Part shown: in pieces, positions 63,961 through 64,000 of the stretch
How positions within the stretch are numbered: the stretch's first letter is position 1
How the letters are laid out: each line of letters starts with the position of its first letter
Notes under the pieces: model-generated
The model's database searches: none
Told to the model about the DNA's origin: nothing
The model's input: only the letters and a program-made list of their open reading frames with translations
Made by a program: the position numbers and the translations under genes
Source of the DNA: Anaerobutyricum sp.
GTDB lineage: Bacteria > Spirochaetota > Spirochaetia > Treponematales > Treponemataceae
Assembly (NCBI GenBank): GCA_963638805.1
Contig: CAVHTI010000005.1
Location: 9,064 to 73,063, forward strand
Length of the DNA: 64,000 nucleotides
Reading direction: 5' to 3'

Positions 63961-64000
63961 TAAGAACAATCTGAAAAAAAAGGTGAAAATCAATGTATTG

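Noticed and set aside
1-64000. Protein-coding mobile elements, prophage, toxin-antitoxin pairs or classic defence islands.
   Set aside because: No transposase, integrase, recombinase, phage structural, restriction-modification or Cas-like motifs were recognisable in any ORF. The only mobile-looking features are the non-coding repeats reported above.

Overview
This is an AT-rich, densely coding chromosomal window with about 60 protein genes and one tRNA. I found no rRNA, CRISPR array, transposase, integrase or phage genes.

The gene content fits an anaerobic spirochaete-like (Treponema-like) organism; this is inference only, since no search was possible. Recognisable genes:
- spoVG-ispE
- pyruvate formate-lyase with its activase (pflB, pflA)
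- a 7TMR-DISM/PP2C receptor phosphatase
- era, cimA-leuB, L25/Ctc, tilS, lepA
- a minus-strand murE-ddl cell-wall operon
- queD, a GH10 xylanase lipoprotein, tpiA and secG
- a complete nine-gene V-type ATPase operon
- map, a ParE/GyrB-family subunit, an ornithine carbamoyltransferase, a dGTPase-like HD protein and lgt

Two things stand out.

1. The last 10 kb (53852-63960, continuing past the window end) is an eleven-gene unit with gaps of 12 nt or less or overlapping stop/start codons. It combines:
- two PlsC-type acyltransferases
- an ANL ligase, a dedicated carrier protein and its own Sfp-type phosphopantetheinyl transferase
- a DegV/DAK2 (FakB/FakA-like) pair
- three alpha/beta hydrolases, one with a Cys in place of the nucleophile Ser
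- a CE4 deacetylase
Each family is known, but I do not recognise this combination as a described pathway. It is my best candidate for an undescribed lipid-acylation or lipid-salvage system.

2. The intergenic space carries an unusual load of structured repeats:
- a perfect-period 71-bp tandem array whose units each form two hairpins
- a dispersed hairpin-rich element family with at least six copies, conserved linkers and covarying stems
- tandem repeats splitting the normally adjacent tpiA-secG pair
- a short GGGAG-hairpin element in three copies
- a shared terminator module

Several ORF-track starts look too far upstream and were trimmed to an internal ATG, in most cases one with a Shine-Dalgarno motif. 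Long antisense or repeat-spanning ORFs were rejected.
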